Below, piece after piece: positions 44,365-53,537 of a stretch of DNA of 53,537 nucleotides. The notes under the pieces are model-generated. The model ran no database searches and was not told where the DNA came from. It saw nothing but the letters and a program-made list of their open reading frames with translations. The stretch is taken from positions 1 through 53,537 of IMG/VR virus record IMGVR_UViG_3300025459_000008, one strand, 5' to 3'. Origin of the DNA: a virus (lineage: Duplodnaviria; Caudoviricetes). Numbering within the stretch: the first letter of the stretch is position 1; every line of letters begins with the position of its first letter. The position numbers were made by a program, and so were the translations under genes.

Positions 44365-45093
44365 ATGAACCTTGGAGAGATGGAAGAAGAGCTTGCTACC
44401 ATCATCAGGAGTAGAAGCGACCGAAAGTTTATGAACCGATGGATCAACAACGCCATCCTGGAGGTGGCGACCGATTACAATTTGCCTCCTCTGGCTTTGG
44501 TTGATCCTGTCTCCCTTGGCGTAGATACTTCTAAATGGCTCTGGGGACTACCGGATAGTTTTCATAAGAGACTGTTTAAGTGCAGGCACATTAATCCAAC
44601 TAGTGGTGAATCGCACCATGTTCATGTTTGTAACCATATTAATGAATTAAATAGCAAGAATCATGCCACGATTGGTGAGCATGTTCGGGAAGTGGCAGTG
44701 GCGATGCAGGGAGGGAGTGCTCAAGGGGATAATTATTACTTGGGGATTCATCCTCTGGCGACTGAAACCTTGAGTCTCTGGTACTACCAGAAGCCCGCTG
44801 TCCTGATAAAACCAGCCGATGTGTCCGACTGCATCCCTCCGGGCTATGAGCGGCGGGTGATTTACCCTAAAGTCATTATTCTAAATTACAACTTCATCGT
44901 AGATCAGATCACCGATTTTGACTTTAAACCTATGCAATATTGGGTAAACGAATTAAAAAAGGGACTCAATGGTGCTCCCGGCGAAGGAATCGGGCTGTTG
45001 AATTTCTATGCGCTAAATTACAACAAGCCCCGGCGCCATGGTGGCCGGGACCCTATAGGCCCGAGCAGAAGGTACTTCCGTGGCTACTTCTAG
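44365..45093 (+). CDS. head-tail adaptor protein
   Basis: MNLGEMEEEL..RWINNA..LPDSF..YYQKP..D.IP pattern. Confidence 0.7.
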   Translation: MNLGEMEEELATIIRSRSDRKFMNRWINNAILEVATDYNLPPLALVDPVSLGVDTSKWLWGLPDSFHKRLFKCRHINPTSGESHHVHVCNHINELNSKNHATIGEHVREVAVAMQGGSAQGDNYYLGIHPLATETLSLWYYQKPAVLIKPADVSDCIPPGYERRVIYPKVIILNYNFIVDQITDFDFKPMQYWVNELKKGLNGAPGEGIGLLNFYALNYNKPRRHGGRDPIGPSRRYFRGYF

Positions 45094-46411
45094 ACCAGGA
45101 AAACCTATCGAGATATGGGGTTCCAAAGGGATGGATAACCTACCCCGGTCCCCGGCTAATTTACTGGACCAGAACCGGCAGATGACTCCCCACATCCTGC
45201 TCAACGCCGATGTGACCGACGGCGGGGTGCTGGTGCGCCGTGGTGGTTTTAGGACTCCCAAATCTCTGACTGGCTGCCATTCTCTGGCGGGGCAGGAATC
45301 AGGCCTGAGCGTCATGCTCTGTGTGGCCCAAGGGGTAGCTTTCCCTCAATCGCTTTTTCAAATTGAAGAAGATGGTGCACAGGAGCTGGGCCCTGTTTCT
45401 GGCCCGCCGGCCCAAGTTTCCTATGCGGAGATCAACAACCGGATTTACATGGCAAATACCTACTGGACCGGAGTTCTCAATTTGATAACCGGGGAATTGG
45501 AGTCCTGGGGGGTGCCGCTGCCGCCGGTGCCGCGGATCAGCCTGGTGGATGGCGACCTGCCGCCAGGGGAATACAAGCTCTGTTACACAAACCGGATCGG
45601 TGACCGCTTGGGGGGCAACGGTCCCTTGACGGCAATCCGCTGGGAAGGTGGGACTTACGGGATTCAGCTTAACAACCTGCCGGCAGGAGCATTGGCATGG
45701 ATGACACAGGCGAATGGAAAAGACCTATTCCGGGCACGGGTTACGAGTGGATTGATTTCCTCAATAGCACCGGATTTCCACCCGTTCCCATCCTTCATGG
45801 TACAGCCGCCCCCGGGGTTCAGCCACCTAGTATATGCCCTGGGCCGAATTTGGGGACTGCGCGGGAAGAGAATGTATTACTCAGACCCGGGACTCTTCGA
45901 GTGGTTCCGGCCTAAAAACTATCTTCCTTTCCTGGAAGACCTCACTCTCATCGGGCCGGGAATGGATGGGCTTTTCGTGAACTCTTGGTTCTCCACTTGG
46001 TACTTAGAAGGACGGGACCCCAAGACCATGAAAGCGAACCTGGTGGGCCAGGACGCAATCCCGGGAACCCTGGCCATGACAGAACAGGATTCCGGCCACT
46101 ACACCATCTCTCGGCCCGACAGCTTTCCTCCCACCCCCACCTGGATGTCTCCCACGGGTTTCGTGGTGGGGAGCCACAGCGGGCATTGTGTGACCAAGAC
46201 GGAGCATCGCCTGAGGATTAACACCCGGGGTCAGGGCGCCAGCCTTTATCGGATGCGCAAAGGCATTCCGCAGATTTTAACCACGCTTTTTGGCCCGCCA
46301 GAGGGAGAAGGATCGGCGGACCTCGACGCCATATTCGCCAGAGGTCGGATTTATATTCCAGCTCCACTAGACATTATTGGCTGTGGTGGGGCCATCGCTG
46401 GTGGCCTTTAA
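45080..46411 (+). CDS. tail nozzle/stabilisation protein (beta-propeller-like)
   Basis: KGMDN, NADV..G.L.RRGGF, GRIWG..YYSDP; position after the adaptor. Confidence 0.65.
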   Translation: MATSRPGKPIEIWGSKGMDNLPRSPANLLDQNRQMTPHILLNADVTDGGVLVRRGGFRTPKSLTGCHSLAGQESGLSVMLCVAQGVAFPQSLFQIEEDGAQELGPVSGPPAQVSYAEINNRIYMANTYWTGVLNLITGELESWGVPLPPVPRISLVDGDLPPGEYKLCYTNRIGDRLGGNGPLTAIRWEGGTYGIQLNNLPAGALAWMTQANGKDLFRARVTSGLISSIAPDFHPFPSFMVQPPPGFSHLVYALGRIWGLRGKRMYYSDPGLFEWFRPKNYLPFLEDLTLIGPGMDGLFVNSWFSTWYLEGRDPKTMKANLVGQDAIPGTLAMTEQDSGHYTISRPDSFPPTPTWMSPTGFVVGSHSGHCVTKTEHRLRINTRGQGASLYRMRKGIPQILTTLFGPPEGEGSADLDAIFARGRIYIPAPLDIIGCGGAIAGGL

Positions 46412-46435
46412 CATCAAAATTTAAGGAGAACGACC

Positions 46436-47404
46436 ATGAGTATCATGCTACCTGGTGAAGCCCTGATTGAATGGATGAAGGATGTCATCCGGTGCGAGGC
46501 CCCCGTTTTGAGACTTTACAAAAACATCGTGGTTCCTGGCAGCAGCACCTCTTTTGCTGCTCTAACGGAACTCAGCAAAGGCGGGGGTGAGGCATATGCG
46601 GAGATTCCGCTTTCCAACATCATCAACGAAACTGCCCCGACCGCGGGCCAATGGTTTGTCAGCCTGAACGCCCAGGGCCAGGCGGTGGCGCAGTATGGTT
46701 TGGCCGCAGCGCCGCCGGGCTGGACCTTCAATGCCACGGATGTCGCTGATGTCGAGACGGTCTATGGCTGCGCCTTGATTTCCTATCAGATACCTTTCAC
46801 CGGCGGCGCCAAGCAGATCAGGGTGGGGGATACCATTCAGGGCGTCACCTCCGGGGCCACCGGCATCGTGACCGCGGTGGATGTCGAGTCGGGAAGCTGG
46901 GGGGCTGCGGCAGCCGGCAAGATCAAGATCATGTCTAAATCGGCCACCGCCTTTCAGACCGGAGAGAACATCACCCTCAAGGGGATCATCACCACGGTAG
47001 CCATAGATGCCCATGGCACCAGCGGCTACAATGTGGGCGATATTGTGGGCATCAATCAGACCGGCGCCTTCGGGGCCAAGATTGTGGTCCTGGGTGTTAG
47101 CGCTCCCGGAGGTTATCCTACCAGCATCGCGCTAGTGCCGGGAGATAGCGGCTTTTTGTATGCCGCGGCCGCGGGTTTGACCACGACTCATCTCTCCGGC
47201 TCCGGGGATGACACCTTAACCATCACCATCACAGTCACCCCGGCAAGCAACCCGGTCTACGCGGTGACCAACACCGGGACCAGTTATGGCGGCGACGCCT
47301 TGGTCAAGCTGTTCGGTATCGACAACCAAGCCACCGGAACACTGATCTCGGCCACCGGGCAAATTATTAGCTACTTGCCGGAACCCTCGCTGGCGACGCA
47401 GTAA
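46436..47404 (+). CDS. tail structural protein
   Basis: LRLYKN..TEL..Y; repeated GDTIQGVTSGATG-type units. Confidence 0.6.
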   Translation: MSIMLPGEALIEWMKDVIRCEAPVLRLYKNIVVPGSSTSFAALTELSKGGGEAYAEIPLSNIINETAPTAGQWFVSLNAQGQAVAQYGLAAAPPGWTFNATDVADVETVYGCALISYQIPFTGGAKQIRVGDTIQGVTSGATGIVTAVDVESGSWGAAAAGKIKIMSKSATAFQTGENITLKGIITTVAIDAHGTSGYNVGDIVGINQTGAFGAKIVVLGVSAPGGYPTSIALVPGDSGFLYAAAAGLTTTHLSGSGDDTLTITITVTPASNPVYAVTNTGTSYGGDALVKLFGIDNQATGTLISATGQIISYLPEPSLATQ

Positions 47405-47409
47405 TCGAG

Positions 47410-48585
47410 GTGACCATGGCCATCGGCCTGACCACCTTCGAGAAATATCCGAATAGCTGGAGGTTTGACCTCCCGGACTTCCCCTTTGTCCAAAAGGGGA
47501 CGGTCGTTAAGGGAGTCATAACCGATTTTCAGAAGATTCAAGATGATCCAATCCAGGTAGCCCCGCTGGTGAAGGTGGACATCGGCGGGGACTACCTGCC
47601 TCTTTCTTACCATCCCAAGGCGCAGTATTGGGACACCCCTGCCCACAAAGCCCAGGACTTTAATCAAGATGGGGGGTACTTTGAAAACGCTTGGCAGAGT
47701 TTTCGCGGCGGCGATGAAGTGGCAGTCATGGTCCAGGAAGGCACCCCCGCCAGAGTCATCGCCTTTGCCGACGGGGTGCCGCGTCTGGGAGAGGCCCTTT
47801 TTCATGTAGATTGGGAAGGCCAAACTTGTGAGGTGCAAATGGCCTCCCTCGTTAATGGCGGTCAGGTTGGGGATATTTATGGTGGAGATTATATTGATAA
47901 CGGCGATTTGAATAACTGGAACCTTAATATGAAAGGTCCAGACGGGGCTGACTTGAAGTTACTGCGGCCCTGTATTATCCATAAACTTCAAGATTTACCT
48001 TCCGTGCTTAATATAGGCTGGATTATCGACAACAATCCGCCGACCCAAGATCCAGCGCCTGATGCGTGGGCAGTATTTTATAAAGAAACCAAAGATATAG
48101 GAGATTATAAACTTTTTGGTATAACAGTACCAATCGGGGCCATCTTATATTTGATCCCATTTATCGTAGTTCATGGTGTTAGTACACTTAAAGAATGGCG
48201 GATTGGGGGACCAGCTCCTGACCCTCCCCCCAAGTATCCACCATCAGGCTGGGATCAGGATTACCCATTTCCCTATCCGTATGGATCATGGTCTCTCTAT
48301 TCTTCAACCGTAACAGACGATTATTATACCGTTACAGAATACTATCAGGATAATCTCATCGTGCAGGCCGCAGTTTATCAGCCGGAATTAGAGAATAGCC
48401 CTTCTCTATCTTCATTTACTCCTCAATCCTGGGGGGCAAACGCTCTAAGATCAAAGATATTAAGTCTATTGTTTGCTCAAACTTATGATAATTCCTGGGG
48501 ATTTAACCCGGGTTTTAAGATTTTTGTTCGTCCCCACACCAAGGTCGAACTCCAAGCCGCAGGTATGTGGCCCAAGGCAGCTTAA
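47410..48585 (+). CDS. putative tail/receptor-binding protein
   Basis: 391 aa; aromatic/Pro-rich, AT-rich central-to-distal part. Confidence 0.5.
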   Translation: MTMAIGLTTFEKYPNSWRFDLPDFPFVQKGTVVKGVITDFQKIQDDPIQVAPLVKVDIGGDYLPLSYHPKAQYWDTPAHKAQDFNQDGGYFENAWQSFRGGDEVAVMVQEGTPARVIAFADGVPRLGEALFHVDWEGQTCEVQMASLVNGGQVGDIYGGDYIDNGDLNNWNLNMKGPDGADLKLLRPCIIHKLQDLPSVLNIGWIIDNNPPTQDPAPDAWAVFYKETKDIGDYKLFGITVPIGAILYLIPFIVVHGVSTLKEWRIGGPAPDPPPKYPPSGWDQDYPFPYPYGSWSLYSSTVTDDYYTVTEYYQDNLIVQAAVYQPELENSPSLSSFTPQSWGANALRSKILSLLFAQTYDNSWGFNPGFKIFVRPHTKVELQAAGMWPKAA

Positions 48586-49923
48586 ATGCCTCCAATTCTA
48601 AACATCATCGGCACCGGCGGAGCAGTAGCGGACGGGTTCAGTATTTGGGCCCGCTGGGGGCTGAGTGTCGCCCTTATCGGCAAGGGTGGTGGTAAGGGAG
48701 GCGGGCCTAAAAGCATCTTCTCCACCAAAATGCCAGCGGTGGTTATAGGTGCCGGCGGCGCCAAGGCTGGCGGAAGCAGCGTTTTTATCTCCACCTTGCC
48801 GTCAGTGCTTCATATTATCGGCGCCGGCGGGGCCACGGCTGATGGACAGGGAATTTTTGTCAGTAAACGCCCGGGTGTTCTGGTAGGCGCTGGCGGGGCC
48901 AAGGCCGGGGGCGTCGGAGTCTTCGTTTCCACTCTGCCGGCAAAACCGTCCGCGGCCCAGAGAATCGGTACGGGCGGGGCCAAGGCCGGCGGCGCCAGCA
49001 TCTTCATCAGCGTCATTCCAACAATCCTAAGAATTATAGGCTTGGGCGGGGCAAAAGTCGGACTGCAAACCGCACTTCCCACGCTGAAGTCGGTGCTCCC
49101 ATCCCAGCTAGCTGCGCCTGGACCCACCCTTATTGTTGGCGGAGGCGGCGCCAAAGGAGGCGGGACCGGAGTTTTTAGCGGTATTATTCCCTCAACTCTG
49201 AATCTTATCGGGGTGGGGGGAGCCAAGGCCGGTGTCTTGATTTCTCTCCCTGCCTTGAAATCCGTGATTCCCGCTCAAGCGCAGGTTGGACCCATTGTCG
49301 GTACAGGCGGGGGCCAAGGCGGTGGAGCAGGGGTTTGGAGCAGCACTACACCGCCAGCTTCTGCCTTTATCCGTCCCGGAGCGGACGAAGAAGCGACAGC
49401 CAAAGCAGGGGGCCGGGGGGCTTGGGTTTTCATCGACCCGCAGATTTTGGAGATCATCGGAGAGGGTGGCGCCCTGGGCGGCGGGGCCGGCCCTCCGGAG
49501 GTTGGGGTCTATGACACTTACGCCCTCACAGGGGGCCGCGATGAACCTTCGATTTACAGCGGTTTCAACTTCAATAGCTACGCCCGACTGCATGGCCGTT
49601 ACTACGGCGCTGGCCCGGCGGGAATCTCGCTGCTGGAAGGGGATGATGACGCAGGGGCCAAGATTCATGCCGGGGTGCGGTTGAATCCTTTTAACATGGG
49701 CAGCGAGAGGGAAAAGCGGTTAAGGATCGTGCGGTGCGGCGGCGAGACCAGGGGCGCCCAGGTAAAGGTCTCCTCAAACGGCTGCGCCAATTATGCCGAT
49801 GTGCATGACAGCGTGGCACAGGTGGACCGGAGTGTTCAGGGGCGGGAACTGGTCTTGGAAATTACAGGATTCAAAACACTCGACCATTTAGAGATTGTGC
49901 CGGTGGTGCTGGCGAAACGATAA
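48586..49923 (+). CDS. glycine-rich repeat tail protein
   Basis: Many IGxGGAKAGG repeats; C-terminal YSGFNFNS..GDDD.G..I domain. Confidence 0.65.
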   Translation: MPPILNIIGTGGAVADGFSIWARWGLSVALIGKGGGKGGGPKSIFSTKMPAVVIGAGGAKAGGSSVFISTLPSVLHIIGAGGATADGQGIFVSKRPGVLVGAGGAKAGGVGVFVSTLPAKPSAAQRIGTGGAKAGGASIFISVIPTILRIIGLGGAKVGLQTALPTLKSVLPSQLAAPGPTLIVGGGGAKGGGTGVFSGIIPSTLNLIGVGGAKAGVLISLPALKSVIPAQAQVGPIVGTGGGQGGGAGVWSSTTPPASAFIRPGADEEATAKAGGRGAWVFIDPQILEIIGEGGALGGGAGPPEVGVYDTYALTGGRDEPSIYSGFNFNSYARLHGRYYGAGPAGISLLEGDDDAGAKIHAGVRLNPFNMGSEREKRLRIVRCGGETRGAQVKVSSNGCANYADVHDSVAQVDRSVQGRELVLEITGFKTLDHLEIVPVVLAKR

Positions 49924-49943
49924 TAAGAAATTTCTTATTATCG
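49918..49943. repeat. 26-bp perfect palindrome
   Basis: CGATAATAAGAAA-TTTCTTATTATCG. Confidence 0.9.
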
Positions 49944-49976
49944 AAATAAGGGCAAAACGATAATAAGGAGACCATC

Positions 49977-50768
49977 ATGGGTCAGCTAACCAACTACACC
50001 GAAAAGAAAATCCTGGATCATGTGCTCAAAACGGCATCCTACTCGCCGCCCGCCACCGTTTACCTGGGTCTGAGCACTACGACTCCGAGCCCGGACGGAA
50101 CCGGCTGGACCGAAGCTGCTTACACGGGGTATGGCAACAGGCCAGCCATTGCCTTTGGAGCGGCTGCGGCCAAAGCCATCGCTCAGAACGCCGTAGCCAA
50201 CTTCCCTGCCTGCACTGGCGGGTCTTCCACGGTGACTTATTGGGGGATTTTTGATGCGATCACCGGAGGGAACCTGCTGGCCTACGGCGCCCTGTCGCCT
50301 TCTAAAGTCATCGCCTCCGGGAACACGCCCTCGGTGGCGAGCGGCCAAGTCACAGTGACCATCAACGCCGGGGGAATGTTCCAAAAATTTGCCAACTCGG
50401 TCCTGGCCTGGCTGTTCGCAGCGGGCAGCTTATCCGTGCCGACCGATGTGAAGATCGGCCTGTCCACCACTACGCCGGTTGATGGGGCGGACAATGGCAG
50501 CGGCACCAACATCACTGAGCCTTCCGGCAACGGCTACGCTCAGGTGGCTCAAGATTCCTGGCACGCGGCTTCCGGCAGCCCCGAGGCGGCAGCCAATAAT
50601 GGCACCATTACCCTGGGGCCGCCCACGGGGTCCTGGGGGGCTTGTACTTACGGGATTGCCTATCTGGATACCCTCCCGGCTTTCTACGGGACGATAATCA
50701 GTCAGACTCCTAATAACGGCGACACGGTGGAATACCTGGACAGCCAGTTTAGCGTCAGCGTGCAGTAA
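49977..50768 (+). CDS. tail protein with two tandem copies of one domain
   Basis: TNYTEKKILDH; GLSTTTP..TE..GY occurs twice; DAITGGNLLAYG. Confidence 0.7.
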   Translation: MGQLTNYTEKKILDHVLKTASYSPPATVYLGLSTTTPSPDGTGWTEAAYTGYGNRPAIAFGAAAAKAIAQNAVANFPACTGGSSTVTYWGIFDAITGGNLLAYGALSPSKVIASGNTPSVASGQVTVTINAGGMFQKFANSVLAWLFAAGSLSVPTDVKIGLSTTTPVDGADNGSGTNITEPSGNGYAQVAQDSWHAASGSPEAAANNGTITLGPPTGSWGACTYGIAYLDTLPAFYGTIISQTPNNGDTVEYLDSQFSVSVQ

Positions 50769-50776
50769 GGGATTAA

Positions 50777-53200
50777 ATGGCCAACAACTTCTCAGGCGAT
50801 GCCTCCTGCAAGGCCCTCTGGCGGTTTGAGTCAGGGGCCTTGGCTACGGATACGATTGGGGTTAACACTCTCAATCTTATCAATAGCCCGGCTGCCGATA
50901 CTTCAAAGTATAAAGAAGGTGCGGCTTCGCTTGCTCTGGTGGCCGCCAGCGATCAATATGGCTATATCCACGATGCCGCGCTTGTAACCTCCGGTTTCCC
51001 ATTAAATAGCACCGATTCCGTTAAGAAAATAACCGTCTGCTGCTGGTTATATGCTGCCAGCAATGGGTCCTACCGCAGGGTTTGGGCCAAAAACGATTAT
51101 GTGGGTAATAAAAAATGCCTTGATGTCGAGATTAATTCGGGAGCATTGCTAATAACCTGGGGAAATGGTGGCAGTACTGCTACAACAATAAACCCCCTCC
51201 TCACAATATCAACTGGGGTCTGGTATCATCTTACCATTATGCTGGATGGAGTTAATAAAGTATTCCGTCTTTACTTATATAATGCGTCAACAGGTGCTAC
51301 TTCATATTATATTACTACGCCAGGTTCAGCCCTTGGGGTTTGCACCGCCGATTGGCAGGTAGGAAATTCAGGTATCTATGGAACAGACAACGATGGTAAC
51401 TATTGGGACGGCGATATTGATGAACTGGTAGTATTTAATCGACTTTTAATTATGGAAGAAGTTGGAGCCATTATTAATGGAGCTTATACAGGAGCATATA
51501 GCATCCCGTCCCCCGGCAATGTATTTACTTACAATGCCAATATTCAGGGGAGATGGCGGTTTGAAACCGGGGCCTTGACCACGGATTCCAGCCCCGCCGC
51601 TGGTGGGAATGGTGCGAATACTCTCAGTTTGGCTGGAACTGCCAATCCGGTTTCTGATCCTTTTGGCGTCTTAGAAGGAGCAGACGCGGCATATCTGGCT
51701 ACCGCTGGAAGTTATTTCCAAATAACCGATGCAAACCTTTCAACCAACTTTCCTTTTAAAAGCACCGATTCGGTTAAAGAAATTACCATTTGCGGCTGGA
51801 TCATCCCTATCGCTTGGGCGCCTGATTCATCACACCCTCGATGGATATGGGGCAAGGTTTCTACTTTAACTAATGGGATTGGTGCCTATCTGGATAATAA
51901 TGGGCATTTGATAGTTTCTATTAGCGGAAGCACTAACTATGATACGGGCTTTATTCTTTCGTTGCTTAACACTTATCATGTGGCTTTTGTTATTGATGCG
52001 AATGCTCAAACGCTTGTTGTGCGGGTTTTTAATAAAGCAACTGGCAGCGTTAGCGATTATAGCACCAGTATAGCGTCCGTTCCATTAGGAGCGGGTATTT
52101 TTTATTTAGGTTTTGGGGATATAGGCTCTAATTATTATACTACTGTGGGTTTTTTGGATGAATGGGTAGCGGCCAATGCCCTGCTTTCTGATAGTGATAT
52201 AGACCTGATTCGGGGACAAACTTATGGACCTGTCACTCGAAATCTTCACACTACACCGGCCGTGGTCTCCACCACTTCGTCGCCCATGCTGGCGGTCCTC
52301 CGCAAACTGGCTACCTCCCCTGCAGTGGTCAGCACGGTGAGCAGCCCTATGTTGGCTATCCTCCGCAAACTGGCTTCATCGCCCGCGGTGACCACCTCCA
52401 CAAGCTCGCCTTTGCTGAATATTTTGCGGAAACTGGCTTGTTCTCCTGCGGTGCAATCTTCCACGCCTGATAGCGTAATGCTGGCGGTACTGCGTAAACT
52501 GGTGACATCGCCCGCGGTGGTTTCCTCGGTGAGCACCCCTAACCTGGCCGTCCAAAGAGCCCTGGCGGAGATTGCCGCGGTCATCAGCGAAACCTCGGAT
52601 ACCGTTTACCTGGATCTTCAGGCTACCCGCAACTTGGCTACGGATGTCGCGGTGCTGTCCTCGACTTCAGCCATTAACTTGGCGGTATTGCGAAAGCTGG
52701 CTACTGCGTGTGGCGTCACGACCTCGACTCCAAATATCATGCTGGCAGTTCTCCGGGAGCTTGTCTCCACGGTGGATTGCCAGACCGAGACTCCGGCCAT
52801 CAATCTGGCCGTCCTGCGAAAACTAATAACCACTGTCGCCGCGCAGAGCCAGACCTCTGCCGTCGGTCTCCAAATTCTGCGAGCTTTACAGACGGCTGTG
52901 TCTGTGGGGACGGTGAGTCCTGGAGTGATGCTTGCAATCCTGCGGAAGCTGGTGACCGACATCCCGGTCCTGAGCACCACTTCTTCAGCAGAAATAGGAT
53001 TCCTGCTCCGCCTGGCTACCGCGGTGGCTGTGTTCACGACTACGCCGGATGATGTGATTTTAACCATTATCACGGGGGCGGGCCCCACGGCGCCTCCCTC
53101 GCTGATCTCTCTGGCCGGGGCCTGGGTGGGAGGGGAAGCGAACGCGTTGTTGTCGGCGGCTGAAGCGTGGCTGAAATCAGAGGAAACAAAGGCAGATTAA
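50777..53200 (+). CDS. tail fibre/adhesin: two LamG (concanavalin-like) domains plus about 21-aa repeats
   Basis: WRFE.GAL twice, GVWYHL, WDGDIDELVVFNRLL, GFLDE; LAVLRKLATS repeats. Confidence 0.8.
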   Translation: MANNFSGDASCKALWRFESGALATDTIGVNTLNLINSPAADTSKYKEGAASLALVAASDQYGYIHDAALVTSGFPLNSTDSVKKITVCCWLYAASNGSYRRVWAKNDYVGNKKCLDVEINSGALLITWGNGGSTATTINPLLTISTGVWYHLTIMLDGVNKVFRLYLYNASTGATSYYITTPGSALGVCTADWQVGNSGIYGTDNDGNYWDGDIDELVVFNRLLIMEEVGAIINGAYTGAYSIPSPGNVFTYNANIQGRWRFETGALTTDSSPAAGGNGANTLSLAGTANPVSDPFGVLEGADAAYLATAGSYFQITDANLSTNFPFKSTDSVKEITICGWIIPIAWAPDSSHPRWIWGKVSTLTNGIGAYLDNNGHLIVSISGSTNYDTGFILSLLNTYHVAFVIDANAQTLVVRVFNKATGSVSDYSTSIASVPLGAGIFYLGFGDIGSNYYTTVGFLDEWVAANALLSDSDIDLIRGQTYGPVTRNLHTTPAVVSTTSSPMLAVLRKLATSPAVVSTVSSPMLAILRKLASSPAVTTSTSSPLLNILRKLACSPAVQSSTPDSVMLAVLRKLVTSPAVVSSVSTPNLAVQRALAEIAAVISETSDTVYLDLQATRNLATDVAVLSSTSAINLAVLRKLATACGVTTSTPNIMLAVLRELVSTVDCQTETPAINLAVLRKLITTVAAQSQTSAVGLQILRALQTAVSVGTVSPGVMLAILRKLVTDIPVLSTTSSAEIGFLLRLATAVAVFTTTPDDVILTIITGAGPTAPPSLISLAGAWVGGEANALLSAAEAWLKSEETKAD

Positions 53201-53223
53201 TTTAACCTGTAAGGAGAACGACC

Positions 53224-53537
53224 ATGCCATCATTCATTCTCGACACCGTTGAACGGACCTCGCTGGGTACCACCCTGGCGACGGATTTGAGCGGCGGAAC
53301 CCTCAAGATTTACTCCGGCGCTTACGCTACCGGCACTCTGTTGGCCACTTTCACTCTGCCCTCCCTGAGCGGCTCGAATGTCTCTGGTGGAGTTTTGACA
53401 TTGCCTGCCATCGCCCAGGTGAATGCGGTAGCCCCGGGCACGGCGGCTGCAACTTATTCGGCTGGGGCAACCATCGTGGTCCGGTCCATCGGCACATCCT
53501 ATTATCTGTTTTACAACAACGCCTATGTCGGAAGCGG
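53224..53537 (+). CDS. tail structural protein, 3'-truncated
   Basis: AAGGAG RBS; GGTLKIYSG..GTLLATFTL; open to the window end. Confidence 0.6.
   Translation, partial: MPSFILDTVERTSLGTTLATDLSGGTLKIYSGAYATGTLLATFTLPSLSGSNVSGGVLTLPAIAQVNAVAPGTAAATYSAGATIVVRSIGTSYYLFYNNAYVGS

Noticed and set aside
1-53537. Genome-wide TAG or TGA reassignment
   Set aside because: TAG ends terL, the scaffold gene and 42903-43277, TGA ends many coupled genes, and long genes are uninterrupted. Only two isolated internal stops were found.
1-53537. CRISPR array, DGR or retron
   Set aside because: No regularly spaced repeat-spacer array, no reverse transcriptase and no TR/VR pair were seen.

Overview
The whole window reads as one contiguous temperate tailed-phage genome (Caudoviricetes). 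It is probably podovirus-like, since no tape-measure or sheath gene is visible, and no host chromosomal genes are recognisable. Layout: end of the virion module, a PurD-like ATP-grasp ligase with a partner gene, and lysis genes (1-7.4 kb, +); a leftward early operon of small genes (7.5-16.1 kb, -); a cI/cro switch with mirror-image promoters and four palindromic operators (16.1-16.9 kb); xis/int, HNH, tRNA-Pro, a TGT/DpdA-like gene, SpoVG, a repeat-rich ori, a helicase and a DNA methyltransferase (17-25 kb); a second leftward cluster of tiny genes (25-27.5 kb); an RNA-gene operon (27.6-29.3 kb); then terminase, portal, scaffold, capsid, a glycosyl/methyltransferase cassette and tail genes (29.5-53.5 kb). 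The best candidate for a new system is a large structured RNA at about 28.2-29.3 kb. It resembles GOLLD RNA (from recall, needs a covariance-model search) and its two halves are separated by an intact HNH endonuclease ORF. It lies downstream of a degenerate tRNA-Met and a non-canonical tRNA-Pro. Both tRNA-Pro(UGG) genes carry C33 instead of U33 and have altered T-loops, all five HNH genes lie next to structured RNAs, and two early genes carry single in-frame stops (one TGA exactly at a CxxC cysteine). All protein calls come from motif recognition by eye; no database search was run.
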